Shown here in pieces: positions 1 to 12,225 of a stretch of 64,000 bases of DNA. A model generated the notes under the pieces. The model was not told the DNA's origin and searched no databases. It saw only the letters and a list, made by a program, of their open reading frames with translations. The translations under genes and the position numbers were made by a program. The stretch comes from Camelus dromedarius (taxonomy: Eukaryota). The stretch covers positions 46,006,001 through 46,070,000 of the forward strand of contig NC_087436.1 of the NCBI RefSeq assembly GCF_036321535.1, written 5' to 3'. Every line of letters begins with the position of its first letter. Positions within the stretch are counted from its first letter, which is position 1.

Positions 1-516
1 AAAGGGAATGTAGCCAAAAAGCTGGCAGGGAGAAAAAAGTATGACAGTGATGTATAGGGGCAACTAATTTTAAATATGTTTTATTGGGGGGAGTTTTATG
101 CTTTTAAAAAATTTGCTACTTATGACTTATTTCCTCACTCTAAATATTCATTACCACACCAATTTTGTATTCCTAACTTTTTATTATATTTTTCTTAAAG
201 TCTCCCAAATTATATAATCCCAGGCTCCACAAAATTTGGATCTGCCTCTTTGGATCCAAAGCATAGGCACTTTGTGTTGCCTTGTTTAGTCATTGCAAAA
301 GCCTCGTTAGATTAGTGTTATTGGCTCCCTATTACAGATGAAGAAACGAACTTTAGTAGGTTAAGTAACTTATCTAAGGTCACGTAGTCAGAATTCAAGT
401 CTGGAATTAGATAACTATCAACGCAAGATTTTTTGACTCCAAGACCCCAAGGTAGATTTGACCTTACACTGCCTGTCTCTTCTGACATCACTTAACCACC
501 TGACCAACTCATAGAC

Positions 517-737
517 ACGGCTGGGATTAGGGTGAGGTGATGTGAGGTGAATCGTTAATGTGTGGGGTCAAATCCTTTCTTTATTTAAAATTTTGATATT
601 CTGTTCATCATGGATTTTTTGCATTAATTTTGAGTTTTTAATATATTAAAATATCTCATTGACTCAGTGTTTTGGTGCCCCTTTAAATTTTGTGCCCAAG
701 GCAAGTGCCTCGCTTGCCTCATGCTAGTTTTAGCTGT
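517..737. mobile_element. hAT-Tip100 (MER96B-like) DNA transposon relic
   Basis: ggctgggattagggtgagg ... gcctcatgctagttttagctg imperfect inverted ends and MER96B-like core. Confidence 0.6.
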
Positions 738-1269
738 GTGTCACATCCTTGATTAGGGCATGAACATTCAGACTTGTGCTTTAGCTTCTAATAAAGCCAA
801 TTTCTTCCACTGGCTTTCAGACAACCTGCCTTTGCAGACATTATTCACTTATGTCCTCAGACTATCATTTGAGAACTCGGTTTTTCACAGGTAAGTGAAC
901 CAATGATGATACTGGATTATCTACTGTTGGTATCACTTACCTACATCTAGCAAAGGCGCTAGCTTCAGTCAAGGTGGAAGGAAAATTCATTTACAAAAAA
1001 GAAGATTTATATTTATGTCACCTGGTCTTACTTGTAAAGCCATCTGAATTGAGCAACTTCTCATATATCCTCTGCAGATGCCAGCAGCACTGATCGAATT
1101 CTAGTGGTAACTGGAGAGGCATATTCCTTTTCCCTATTCTGCCTCCAGATCCTAGGCCTTTCTTTTTTAACAATTAAGAGTCATAAAGAATTTGTACCCC
1201 AATGAGAATATGTATTATTTTAGAACTCATATGGAAGATTCACAATATAGTTACCCTATATTAGGCCTC

Positions 1270-1830
1270 AGAGGAGATCTCAAAAATATTTTTTAACTTG
1301 TTAACACATAAGCTTTGTTCATGAAGTTAGAAATTAACAAAAAGATAAAACATCACTAGAAACGGAATTTGAATAACACATATATTATAAATATTCATGG
1401 ACTAAATAGGAAATAAGTGGAAATTGAGAACTATTTCAAAATTGCAAGGGCGAAAGGTATGGCTTAGTGGTAGAGTGTGTGCTTAGCATGCACAAGGGCC
1501 TGGGTTCAATCCCCAGTACATTCATTAAAATAAATAAATAAACCTCCCCTTAAAAAAAAAAACTGCATAGCAATGAAAGCACTTAATATTAAAACTGGAA
1601 AAATGTATAGTCTTAAATGCATTTATTAGAAAAATAGGAAAACCTGCAAGTAAACTAAGCTTACAATCTAAGAAGCTATAAAAAGAGCAGCAAGAAATAA
1701 ACCTAAAGGCTGTAGTGGGAAGAAAATGATAAAAGGAAAAGCAGAAATTAAATCAAATTTCCTCTACACTTTTCCTAAAGCAACCCCTCCTCAAAATAGT
1801 GAGTCAATAAAACCAAAAGTGTTTTTTTTT
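1270..1830 (+). mobile_element. Old L1M ORF2 fragment, interrupted by the SINE
   Basis: A-rich L1 ORF2-like motifs (aaatgcatttattagaaaa, gtcaataaaaccaaaagtgtttttt). Confidence 0.6.
1448..1562 (+). mobile_element. tRNA-derived SINE (camelid Vic-1-like)
   Basis: A box tggcttagtgg, B box ggttcaatcc, taaataaataaacct tail and poly-A; TSD-like aaaattgca/aaaactgca. Confidence 0.85.
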
Positions 1831-1864
1831 TTTCTTCTCAAAGTCACCAAGACTAGAAATGAGT

Positions 1865-2950
1865 TACTTGATTGGAAAAAATGTGGAAGTCCTATGGTAA
1901 TGAAGGCATTCTGTAAGCCCACAGAATGGTGGTGGTGGCAGAAATGCTACAGGCAGGGCAGGCAAATTCATACCCAGACTGTGTGTTTATTTCACTGAGG
2001 ACAGACTGCTCCATGATGAACGGGTCCAGTGTAATTAACCTGCTATCAAGCGGTGCCTTGTTTCCCCGAGGAATAATGCCACATTGAGAAATCATAGTAG
2101 GTCCCAGCTGAGGACCGGTTAGGAATTCAGTCATGTAGCCATTTCAGCCTTGGTGAGGGCATGTCCACGGTAATTCAGCCCAAGCATCGCTTCTGTCCTC
2201 TCAGGTATAGCAACCTTGTACGTAGGCCACTGAGCAAATACTGGGGTGGCTAGGGAAGGAGGCTGACATCCACAGATGGCTCACTTTGTCCTCCTGATTA
2301 AGGTAGACATTTTTTGCTGCAGATGCCCTGTGGTGTATTCATATGGAATACAAATATCTTCACACTGTGTCCACTTCATGAAATCCATCCAAATACCTGT
2401 TTGCTAAACCTCTTTGTCACCAACTTCCTTCCAATCCTGTTCCATCCAAGTCCCTGACCATTTAACTAGGTTATAAAGCTGTATAGGTCTACATCTCTTG
2501 GCTGTCTCACAGTCTAGACAAATGTTCGGCTTGAAATTCTGCCCACAAAGATTTCCCTTCAACACAGGAGTCCAGCTGGTGCTATAATTTTGTTTTAAAA
2601 TCAGTTTCTGTTTTTCCCTTCCTTCGTTAAGTTATCGTAGAGAAATACCTCATGAGTCCATAGATGTGGACTGAGGGGTAAGTGGCAGTGTAGCAGGAGG
2701 AGGTGATCTTTGGGCTGAATTCTGGACAAGTGGGGTTCAGTGAGTGAAGACAGGAAGGGGTCAAAAGGGTTTCCAGATCTGGGGAGCAACAGCTGCAAAG
2801 CCTCATGTGAAGGAAGGGCAGCTCCTATAATGATGTACAGTCAGTCTTTTGTTTCAGAGTCACCCTTCTTGTTCCTACCTGTTCTCCATCCCATTTTGGT
2901 TCCCATTCCTTCCCAAATTATCATCCAAAAGACTGCCAGAGTTTCTATGA
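1865..2950 (-). mobile_element. Degenerate ERVL internal (pol RNase H/integrase) fragment
   Basis: Peptide remnants GIIPRG... and EINTQSGYEFACPA..SATTTI resemble the ERVL integrase core (GIDTYSGYGFAYPA); frames are broken. Confidence 0.75.
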
Positions 2951-3428
2951 AGACAATTTAGGTTTACTTCATTTGGGGGAAAAAACACCCTTTCAGACTC
3001 TTATTGCTTGGGGACACAGTACTCAGGGTCCCAATTAAATAACTCAGATCTAAACTTTGATCTTTCTTGCATAAACATCTTTTTCCTCCATCTCTCCATT
3101 TCTCCCTGTTATTCTTGACTCTGCAAACAATTACTTACCAGTTTCTGGTAACAGGAGACAGTCTAGAGGCACAGTATCTTTCAGACTAGTTAAATCACTC
3201 AGGTTTCAATAGGAAACACATAGTAATGGGCCTTTCCTATTGTTACTATGCAAGTCATAAGGCATAAGTTCCAATGGAGCAAGATATGAAAGAAATTGGA
3301 ATACAGAAAATAAAAAATCCACAAAAATTGCATTAAAAAATGGGACAGACTTTCCAAACTGGTACAATGTTTTATAGTTTTCCCAAGGGTCATTCTGAAA
3401 GGATTGTAAGAAAGGCTAATAAGTTCTC

Positions 3429-3493
3429 AATTATATTATATTATATTAAATTAAATTAAATTAAATTAAATTAAATTAAATTAAATTAAATTA
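3429..3493. repeat. Compound pentanucleotide microsatellite (TTATA)n(TTAAA)n
   Basis: Directly visible. Confidence 0.95.
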
Positions 3494-3947
3494 CTGTGTT
3501 CCTGTCCTGGGACAGGAGCCTCAAGATATGTGAGGTACTAAATAAGGTAAGTACTAAAAAGACAAGATACAATCCCTGACTTAAAGCAACTTTCTATGTA
3601 ATAAAGAATTGAGAGGAACATATAGAATTTGCTTATTATATAATTCTAAAGAGAATAAGCTCAAACACATGAACTTAAAGCCATAGTCTATTAACTTTAA
3701 AAGAACCTAATTATTATTTTGCACTTACATTAATTCTATTTACTTAAATTAGCAATATGTACTAGCCAAATCATCAGTAAGTGTTACAAGCAAGGTAGAA
3801 GTGTAGGTTGTACATATTTCTGTTTTAGCAATGAGTATAATCATTTTGTTCTAATAAAAAAATATATAAAATCTAATTATAGAAAATTATAGTGTAAAAA
3901 TAAGCATATACATTACCACACACTAATCAAATTATCAACAAGAAATT

Positions 3948-4537
3948 GTCTATTGAGCTAACATAATACATACCTGAAAAGCGAAAATAGCAAAAACCGC
4001 AAATATATCCCAGCAGTGATGATGCACTTATAAGAAAACGGCTGGTCACTGACGCGGTCATCTCCGTCAGTTACCTGACAGACTACCTGAGGCAGAGTGT
4101 CTGTGTTGGAGGAGGCCATCAAACCCATGTGACCGCCAGTTGACCCAAGGGCTGGACACGGGCCTTTGGAGCCCCCACCACCTGCTCCTCTGTGCTTGGA
4201 TTGTATATTCTGCGTGGCTCCCCTGCTCCCAGAAGCTGCTCCACGGATCCAGCCTCGAAACAGAAATGTGTTGTTGAGGCCACCTGGACTGGTTATGTGA
4301 CTGAACCCAGTTAAGGCCTCTAAACTTTTAAGATCCCGGCAGGTGTTGCGGAGATCTACTGGTCTTGCGGCCACCACCCGAGACAAACCTGGTAAGTGAG
4401 TCCCCTTGCTTATTAAACCTGCCACCTGCCAATCTGGGGTGGCTGCCTCTTTCTTCGGCCTCTGCCTGCCCTCTGCCTATGTCGGGGCACATTTCAGATT
4501 ACACCCAGGATGCTCTTGAGGAGGCTGCAACCCAACA
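3948..4537 (+). mobile_element. Solo ERVL-class LTR (MER74/MER73/MER54-like from memory)
   Basis: GC-rich block ending in ...ccaaca, with internal donor CTG|GTAAGT (4392) and attaaa (4412-4417). 5' boundary is approximate. Confidence 0.7.
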
Positions 4538-5549
4538 TCTGTACATATGCACGTTGGGGAGTTTTTGCAGAATTACAAACTTGCGCAGGAACAGGGTACT
4601 TAGGAGAATAGAACTGGAGTATCAAGTAATCTCTAATAAAACACAGGCTTTGTATTTGTGACTACCAATTTTAGAAATCTTTTAACAACTCATTCAATGG
4701 GTTTCTAGTAGTAAGCAAAGTTTTTTGGCCCCAAAACCGAAATGAAAATCTGTAAAACTGTGCATTGTTTACTAAAGGAACTAAAGAAGGGGCTTTCATT
4801 TTTGCATCAGCTTATGACCTATCATAAGGCAATGCGTTAACAGCTGCTGTGTCCCCTAATGACCGCTAACTTTCCCCTCAAGCCATGTACACGTACACTC
4901 CCTGCCCACCTGTTTTATGTCAAGTTTCTCACAGGTATTATAATAAGGCAGGGAGGAGGAGGACACCCAATGTTCCGGTTGATACAGGTTCTACTCTTAA
5001 TTCAGTGATAAAAGATGAGTAATCCATAGAATATCTACCTATCATTTTTATTTTTCAGGAGGTTTCTGTTTCATGTGCCAAAGACTGTTGTTTTTTTTTT
5101 TAAATCTTAAACTCTGTCTTCTTTCAGTAATTAGAAATTCCATCACAGTGCAAAGACAAATGTGAAAAGCAATGGAGTAAATATCTGTTAGTGTCCAATA
5201 AAGAAAAACATATCAACTTAAAAAAAAAGAATTCCAGCTAGATAGTATCTGCAGTATTGTTTTCAGCTTTGTTAGTTTCCATCTTTTTTTTTTTTGCCTT
5301 AAAAGTATTTTTAACATCTTCAAAAGTTACTTTGAATAGAGGACTCTTGGTTTTCTTAACAACACTTTGCTAATATGTACATTTTGTAGCCTCATGAATT
5401 CACTGCAACAGATTCATATCTATAAATAGCTTTCAAATAGTTTTTAGCACACAAATATATGTTGATTTATGAATAAAAGACAGAATTCTTTTTCCATCAG
5501 TGCACCTGATTTGTGCTATGGATGTACTCCTTAAGAGTAGTATGTAAAT

Positions 5550-6835
5550 TACACAAAAATAAACTCAAAATGGCTTAAAGACTTAAATATAAAACAATAC
5601 ATGATAAATCTCCTAGAAGAAAACAAAGGCAAAACATTCTCTGACATAAATCTTAGCAATGTTCTCCTAGGGCAGTCTACCCAGGCAATAGAAATAGGAG
5701 CAAAAATAAACAAATGGGACCTAATCAAACTTACAAGCTTTTGTACGGCAAAGGAAACCATAAGCCAAACAAAATGACAATTTATGGAATGGGAGAAAAT
5801 ATTTGCAAATGATGCGACTGACAAAAGCTTAATTTCCAGAATATATAAACAGCTCATACAACTTAATAAGAAAAAAAACAAACTTAATAAGAAAAAAACA
5901 ACAACCCAATCCAAAAATGGGCAGAACTAAACAAGCAATAAAGACATACAAATGGCCAATAGGCACATGAAAAAATGCTCATTATCACTAATTATCAGAG
6001 AAATGAAAATCAAAACTACAATGAAGTATCACTTCACACCAGTCAGAATGGCCATCATTCAAAAGTCCACAAACGATAAATGCTGGAGAGGGTACAGAGA
6101 AAAAGGAACCCCCCTACACTGCTGGTGGAATGTAGTTTGGTGCAGCCATTATGGAACACAGTATGGTGATTCCTCAAAAAACTAAAAATAGACTTACCAT
6201 GTGATCCAGCAATCCCACTTCTGGGCATATATCCAGAGGGAACTCTAATTCGAAAAGATACATACACCCCAATGTTCATAACAGCACTGTATACAATAGC
6301 CAAGACACGGAAGCAACCTAAATGTCCATCAACAGATGACTGGATAAAGAAGTTGTGCCACATTTATACAATGGAACACTACTCAGCCATAAAAAGAATA
6401 AAGTAATGCCATTTGCAGCATCATGGATGGACCTAGAGATTGTTATTCTAAGTGAAGCCAGGAAGAGCAAGAAAAATATCATATGATATCACTCATATGT
6501 GGAATCTTAAAAAAAAAAATGGAGAGGAAAGGACACTATGAACTCATCTACAAAGCAGAAACAGACTTGCAGACATAGTAAATAATCTTATGGTTACCAT
6601 GCAAAGGGGGTGGGAAGGGATAAATTCGGGAGTTTGAGATTTGCAAATGTTAGCCACTATATATAAAAATAGATTTTAAAAAAAGTTTCTTTTGTATTGC
6701 ACAGGGAACTATCTTCAATATCTTGTAATAACCTTTAATGAAAAAGAATATATGTATGTGTATGCATGATTGGGACACTGTGCTGTACACCAGAAGTTGA
6801 CACACTGTAACTACCTGTACTTCAATTAAAAAAAA
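5550..6835 (+). mobile_element. 5'-truncated lineage-specific LINE-1 (ORF2 3' end + 3'UTR + poly-A)
   Basis: ORF2-like peptide [36 protein letters not shown]; poly-A tail; TSD core tagtatgtaaat at 5538-5549 and 6836-6847; TT|AAGA endonuclease site. Confidence 0.93.
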
Positions 6836-6855
6836 TAGTATGTAAATGACATTTT

Positions 6856-6994
6856 AAAAAATTAATTAATTAAAAAAAATTGGGGGGGGTAATTAGGTTT
6901 ACTTACTTTATTTTTAGAAGAGGTGCTGGGGATTGAATCCAGGACCTGGTGTATGCTAAGCATGCACTCTATCACTGGAGCTATACTCACCCCC
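6856..6994 (-). mobile_element. tRNA-derived SINE (camelid Vic-1-like)
   Basis: Reverse-complement A/B boxes; TSD tgtaaatgac at 6841 and 6995. Confidence 0.88.
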
Positions 6995-8419
6995 TGTAAA
7001 TGACTTTTCTATAAATCAAATTGTATGTTCCTATTAAACAATGGTTCTAATAGGGAGTTAGGGGATTTTTCACATTACCTGGGATATTCTCTTAAACTGC
7101 TGACTTAAATGATGGTTTCAAATAGTTGAAAAGGGGCTCAAAGAACTCCTAGTAAGCACACCCCCTCCTCTCATCACTCCCTGCCCCACAAAACAAATGG
7201 CCAGAGACTTGTCCCATAAGGAGGCTATGAGGATTGATTATCTATCTACCCCTCCATGAGGACCAATCTCATCATGCCTGTGTTTGGGCTGATGTCAGTC
7301 TCCACATTCTGGCTGTCTTCAGAGGACAAACCTTTCAAAAGGTGACTCTTTTTGGTCTCAAACCCCAGGTGGGCATCCCTCTGCTCCTCATTTGTAGACA
7401 TCCAGGTTATTCTAAACTTCTTCCAAATCTCAATTTCAAGCATCCCATATCCTGACCACCACTTTCTGTCTTTCCAGCTCATTCCTTCTGTGAAAGTGGA
7501 GATTTTATGTTTTGGGCCTGGAACAATTATCTAGCAAGTATTTAAGTGTTTATAAATATCTATTAAATGAAGAACAAAATATCCAAAGACAAAATATTTT
7601 CTTTTCTTAAAGCAGAAACAGGAAACTCTGCATTGTAAAATTACAGTATTTAGTTGCCCTTAGAGTACTGCAGTTTTTCCTAATGTTCAGTGAGATTCTC
7701 TCTTGCTGGAGGGAGCAGGGTATGGGGACACGCACAGTCCTGGGGGTGGGCTCGGGTGGGAGTAGGTGGTGGGTGGGGAGAGCACTTGACTTTTACTATT
7801 AGCTCTGTCACTAATTAGTAATTCACTTAGGGTGAGTCATTAAACCTCTCGTTTCCACCAGGGAATGTGAGAGTACTTTTATTTTTATTCAAAGCAAAGA
7901 GATCTACCAAGCACAAAACCAGTAGAAATCACTCACCACACACATCAAGAGCCTTTTTCCTTCCAAAGTTCATCTATGGGACTTTCATACTGTATACGAT
8001 AAGACTTTGTTCCAAAATCTAAGGATCATTCATAGTTTTTATAGTAAATAAGCTTTTAGTAAATGAGAAATATTTTTCATCAGTATAAAACCACTCTCAA
8101 AGTTCAAGATGATAATCTTAAAGTCAATTAAACAGAATAGTCACTTATGTTATGAAAATTTTCTTGCTATCAATGTGCAGGAGAAAATGCCTAATTGAAC
8201 TGAGAAAGATAAATTAAGGTTATGATTAAGTCAGTAATCATATATATTTTGAAAGTAGCATTTATCTTCAGAATACAAATAGAGTTAAGTACTTGGTAAT
8301 GTCCACAAATTAATGACAACTTATTCACATGTATTACTGACTGAAATGTAGTATCATTGCATTTCCCTGAGCAGTAAATTCAGTACATCCTATACGTAAA
8401 AGTATCACCAACTCCCCCT

Positions 8420-8472
8420 ACCACAAACACACAAACATCAAACCATATTTTGTCAAGCAAAATATTTTTAAT
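8420..8472 (-). terminator. Polyadenylation signal ATTAAA (8472-8467) with downstream GU-rich element (TGGTTTGATGTTTGTGTGTTTGTGGT, ~8445-8420)
   Basis: Motif spacing fits CPSF/CstF architecture; several UGUA motifs lie upstream at ~8653-8693. Confidence 0.7.
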
Positions 8473-9241
8473 TAGTAGGCTGATCATAAATAAATCCACA
8501 TAAAAGATTTAACAGAATTACAAAGAGTTTTGCATTTCTTTTGTGGACTCAATTCATAGTATGCCTTAGTCAACCTCTCACTCTCTAACTGGGACAAAAA
8601 GAGTTGTCATCCAACAACGCAGCACAGTTTAAGCGATTCATATTCTGTAAGTTACATTTTTACATTTCTTTACAAATGTAACATTTATGTACATTATATA
8701 TATTTTTTTCTATAGTTCATGTACTGAAACTATTGTTTTTACAGGGAAAATATTGAATTCATTTAATGAATATGAATCATTCCTTGTTAAAAAGTAATTC
8801 ATATAAACAAGTAACACAGTACCACTGCCTTTTGGCATCTCTTTGTCAGAGTTCAAGTCCAAAAATGTTATATTACTTATAAGAAAAAGGATTTTATCTA
8901 ATTTTACATTATGACATATCATTCCACATAGCTACCTAAGTTTGCTGGCTTGCAATGAACAGAGCACTGTACTGCTGCACTACTGGAAATGTGTAGAAAC
9001 CAATTCGAAATATACTTGGTGCGACAGCATCATCATTATCATTAATTTAGGGTGAAGAAAATCTGCCACATTCTTTCTTCCTCTTTACCTCTTGCCAAAG
9101 CCTCAGACAGGGTGCTGTGCTATGCTATGTATTGTCTCTCGTAACAACAGATGCCTTCATTTCAAATTTCCTATGTGCTTCTCTGACAGATTATGCTTTA
9201 CCTAGGTTATAGATCCTCTTCTTGTTCAATTTTACCCCACT
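8445..9241 (-). other. SEC24B: SEC24B 3'UTR (approximate 3' end)
   Basis: Repeat-free AU-rich sequence between the stop codon and an ATTAAA plus GU-rich element. Confidence 0.75.
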
Positions 9242-9356
9242 TCACTTACAAATCTGCTGCTGAACATGAAGCAAAAATTCATAGTAAGAGAATGCAGCTT
9301 CTGTCCGGTCTTCAATCAAATGTTGAAAAAATTCTGTTTTAGCAGGACTCTCATCT
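9242..9356 (-). CDS. SEC24B: SEC24B last exon, coding part (115 nt): DESPAKTEFFQHLIEDRTEAAFSYYEFLLHVQQQICK*
   Basis: Acceptor tctttttcag; TGA at 9244-9242; canonical Sec24 C-terminus. Confidence 0.97.
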
Positions 9357-9556
9357 CTGAAAAAGAAGAAAGGGTATTTATCTTAAAATGCACATTATTA
9401 AAAAGAATAGTTATACATTTTAAAAATTACTAATCATGAGGACTTTATGAAAATGCATAGGGGATATTAATCAAGTAACAGCATTCTACCACTAGAATTT
9501 TGATAATATTTAAATATAAATATAAATATTTTGATAATATTTAAAATTTGCTTTGT

Positions 9557-9711
9557 GGGGGAGGGTGTAGCTCAAGCAGTAGAGCGCATGCTTAGTATGC
9601 ATGAGGTCCTGGGTTCAACCCTCAGTACCTCCTCTAAAAATAAACAAATAAATAAACCTAATTACTTCCCCCCACCAAAAAAAAGAAAGAAAGAAAAAAC
9701 AATTTTTTAAA
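9557..9711 (+). mobile_element. tRNA-derived SINE (camelid Vic-1-like)
   Basis: ggggagggtgtagctcaagcagtagagcgc...ggttcaaccc...aaacctaattac; TSD aaaatttgctttg/aaaatctgctttg. Confidence 0.9.
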
Positions 9712-9786
9712 AAAATCTGCTTTGAAGACAATTTCACATAGATTGGACAGGATAAGACAGTTTTAGTAAGTTACACAAGTACTTAC

Positions 9787-9890
9787 TTTACCACGTGAAG
9801 AACTGGGCTTAATGGTCTGTTGTCTCTAAGCCAAGTTATAAAGGATCTGGCTCTTTCTGATGAAAGTGTGTCTAGCTCTGGAAGATGTGT
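9787..9890 (-). CDS. SEC24B: SEC24B exon ~23 (104 nt): THLPELDTLSSERARSFITWLRDNRPLSPVLHVV
   Basis: Acceptor tttttatcag, donor AA|gtaagt; phase 0-2. Confidence 0.96.
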
Positions 9891-11734
9891 CTGATAAAAA
9901 AATGTAATTAGGAAATTATTACCTTTCTCATAGACTCTGGCAGTATTAGAACTAAATCATGATTGCCACTTCCACCAACCAGCTGCCAGCACTCTATTCC
10001 CAGCCCCAACAGCACAAGCAAACACATTAAATTTACATTGTTGACAAATATGTTTATGTTTTCTTGACTAAGCCAATAAGACATGTTTAATGATATACAT
10101 GTCACTGATATTTTACCTGAATATTATATTTTTTCTGGATAAGTCAATAAAACATACACATGTCACTGGTAGTGTGTTGCACTTTTATATTTCTTCTAAA
10201 GAAGTATCAAATGAAGGGGCTATCACTAAGTTCCAAATTCACTTAACAATTATACCCTATTCTAATAATAGCCATTTTTAGAGAATTTTGTTTCCTTTAG
10301 TCCTTAAAATTTAAGGGCAAGGAATTTTAAAGAATAGTGTGAGTGTGTAAATATATTTAAAAACTATATGCAAGACTATTGTAAAAAGACCTAAATAGTC
10401 TATTTACATATACATACATACATATATATGTGTGTATGTACATATACATACATAAAGTTCTTTTTTAAGACAACGTAATAGTAAACTAAATAACTCAAAG
10501 AATATGGTATGTAAAAATTTTAAATAGAAAAGTTTGGGTTAATTATATTTATAATTTATATCAATGTTTAAAAAGTAAAAGAATAGAACAATTTCTATTT
10601 GATATAAATTTTTCTAAGATTTTTGTAAGTATATACTGCTACTATTATATATACACAAACATTTTTGAAAATATAAATGGATCATTTTATGTATACTATT
10701 CTCTTCAGGCTTGTATTCTTTTTAATAAATGCATAGCTATTACTACATATAAAGACTTCCACGAATATCTATAGGGTGTATTCTTAGGAGTAAGTAATTT
10801 ACTTTGTGATACATACTATGTGATTTTAATTTTAACAGATACTGCCAAATGGCCTTCCAAAAGACTGTATAAATGTACGGTCCAATCAATTGTATTTAAC
10901 AGGCCTGTTGACCTATTCCCTCTGCATTATTGCCTATTATCAAATTTTAAAATCTTTACCATCTGACAAAAATCTGAAAAGAAATGACAAAAAGTGAAAA
11001 GAAATGCTATGCTGTTATTTTATTTTTATTTTCTTAATTATGAATGAGGCTCAGCGTTGTTTCATATAGCCGCTACTATGTTTTCCCCAATGAACTGTCT
11101 GTTCAAATCCTTTTCCCATTTTTCTTTTCTTATTTTTGAGGCGGGGGGGGGGTGTCTTTTCCTTAAAGATTTGTAAGAGAACTTCTTATCCTAGAGAGAT
11201 AAGCTCCTTTCCAGTCATATGACTTAGATAATCTTCCAATTTTGTTGTTTATCTTTTGGCTTTACTTATTTTACCAGATAGAAATGTTTCAAATTTTTTA
11301 ATCTTTTCCACCACTTACAAAGGCCTTACCCATTTTAATATAACAAAGACTTTTTTTAACATTCCATTTTTTCACAGTGATTTGAGATGATTTACCACAT
11401 TCTATTTTTCGTGAATTAGATCCATTTCTGAATTCAATTCTGTTTCACTCATATGTTTATTGTGTCAGTATCACAGTGCTTAAATAACCACAGCTTTAAA
11501 ATAAAGTTTCCTGCTTTATTTAGTAGGACTTATTTTTCACATGATTTCCCCTTTGCTGACATTATTGTCTCTTTTCAAACTTTTCCTTACTATCCTCATT
11601 TGTTGAGTTTTAGAAATGAACGCTAGGATTAATGTGTCCAATTTAAAAAATTCAATCAAACTGTGAATGTGGTAAGAATTACATTGACTTTGTATTAATT
11701 TTGGGAAAAAGGACATATTTACAATGGACTATCA

Positions 11735-12085
11735 TTTTAGTCATAAAACAATGAAGTACTGATACATGCTACAACATGGATAAACCCTGAAAACACTGAG
11801 AAGTAAAAGAAGCCAAACACAAAAGGCCACGTGTTGTGTGATTCCATACATATGAATTGTCCAGAACAGGCAAATCCATAGAGATACAAAGAAGATTAGT
11901 GGTTGCCACGGGAAAGCAGGAGGGGAGAACTGGGGGATATAGGTTTCTTTCTGAGATGATAGAAATGCTCTGAAATTAGATACTGGAAATGGTTGTACAA
12001 CATTGTGAAAATATACTAAAAACTAATGCATAATATACTTTAAAATGGTTAAAATGGTGACTCGTGAATTCTATCTCATAAAAAT
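11735..12085 (+). mobile_element. L1MB/ME-type 3'UTR fragment
   Basis: gtactgatacatgctacaacatggataaaccctgaaaacact...ttagtggttgcc...tatactttaaaatgg. Confidence 0.75.
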
Positions 12086-12132
12086 ATTTAAAACAAGGAA
12101 GTAAAAGTTAAAGCTGTATAAAATGCACTGAC

Positions 12133-12225
12133 CATTTTCTGTGGTATTGATGCAAAATTAGGATACCCAAGCACATCCTCTATAAAGTTATTGTCACAGC
12201 TTTTTCCAATCCAAATGTAAAAAGC
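12133..12225 (-). CDS. SEC24B: SEC24B exon ~22 (93 nt): AFYIWIGKSCDNNFIEDVLGYPNFASIPQKM
   Basis: Acceptor atttttag, donor ATG|gtcagt; gelsolin-like domain. Confidence 0.96.

Noticed and set aside
1448..1520. tRNA gene (A and B boxes present), likewise the other four copies
   Set aside because: AT-rich tails, TSDs and divergence among copies identify them as SINEs.
3958..4425. 155-aa ORF, the longest in the track
   Set aside because: It lies antisense within a GC-rich LTR relic, has no recognisable domain and most likely arises by chance from stop-codon depletion.
5549..6363. ORFs of 121, 77 and 102 aa
   Set aside because: Sense and antisense frames of a truncated, frameshifted L1 ORF2; not host genes.
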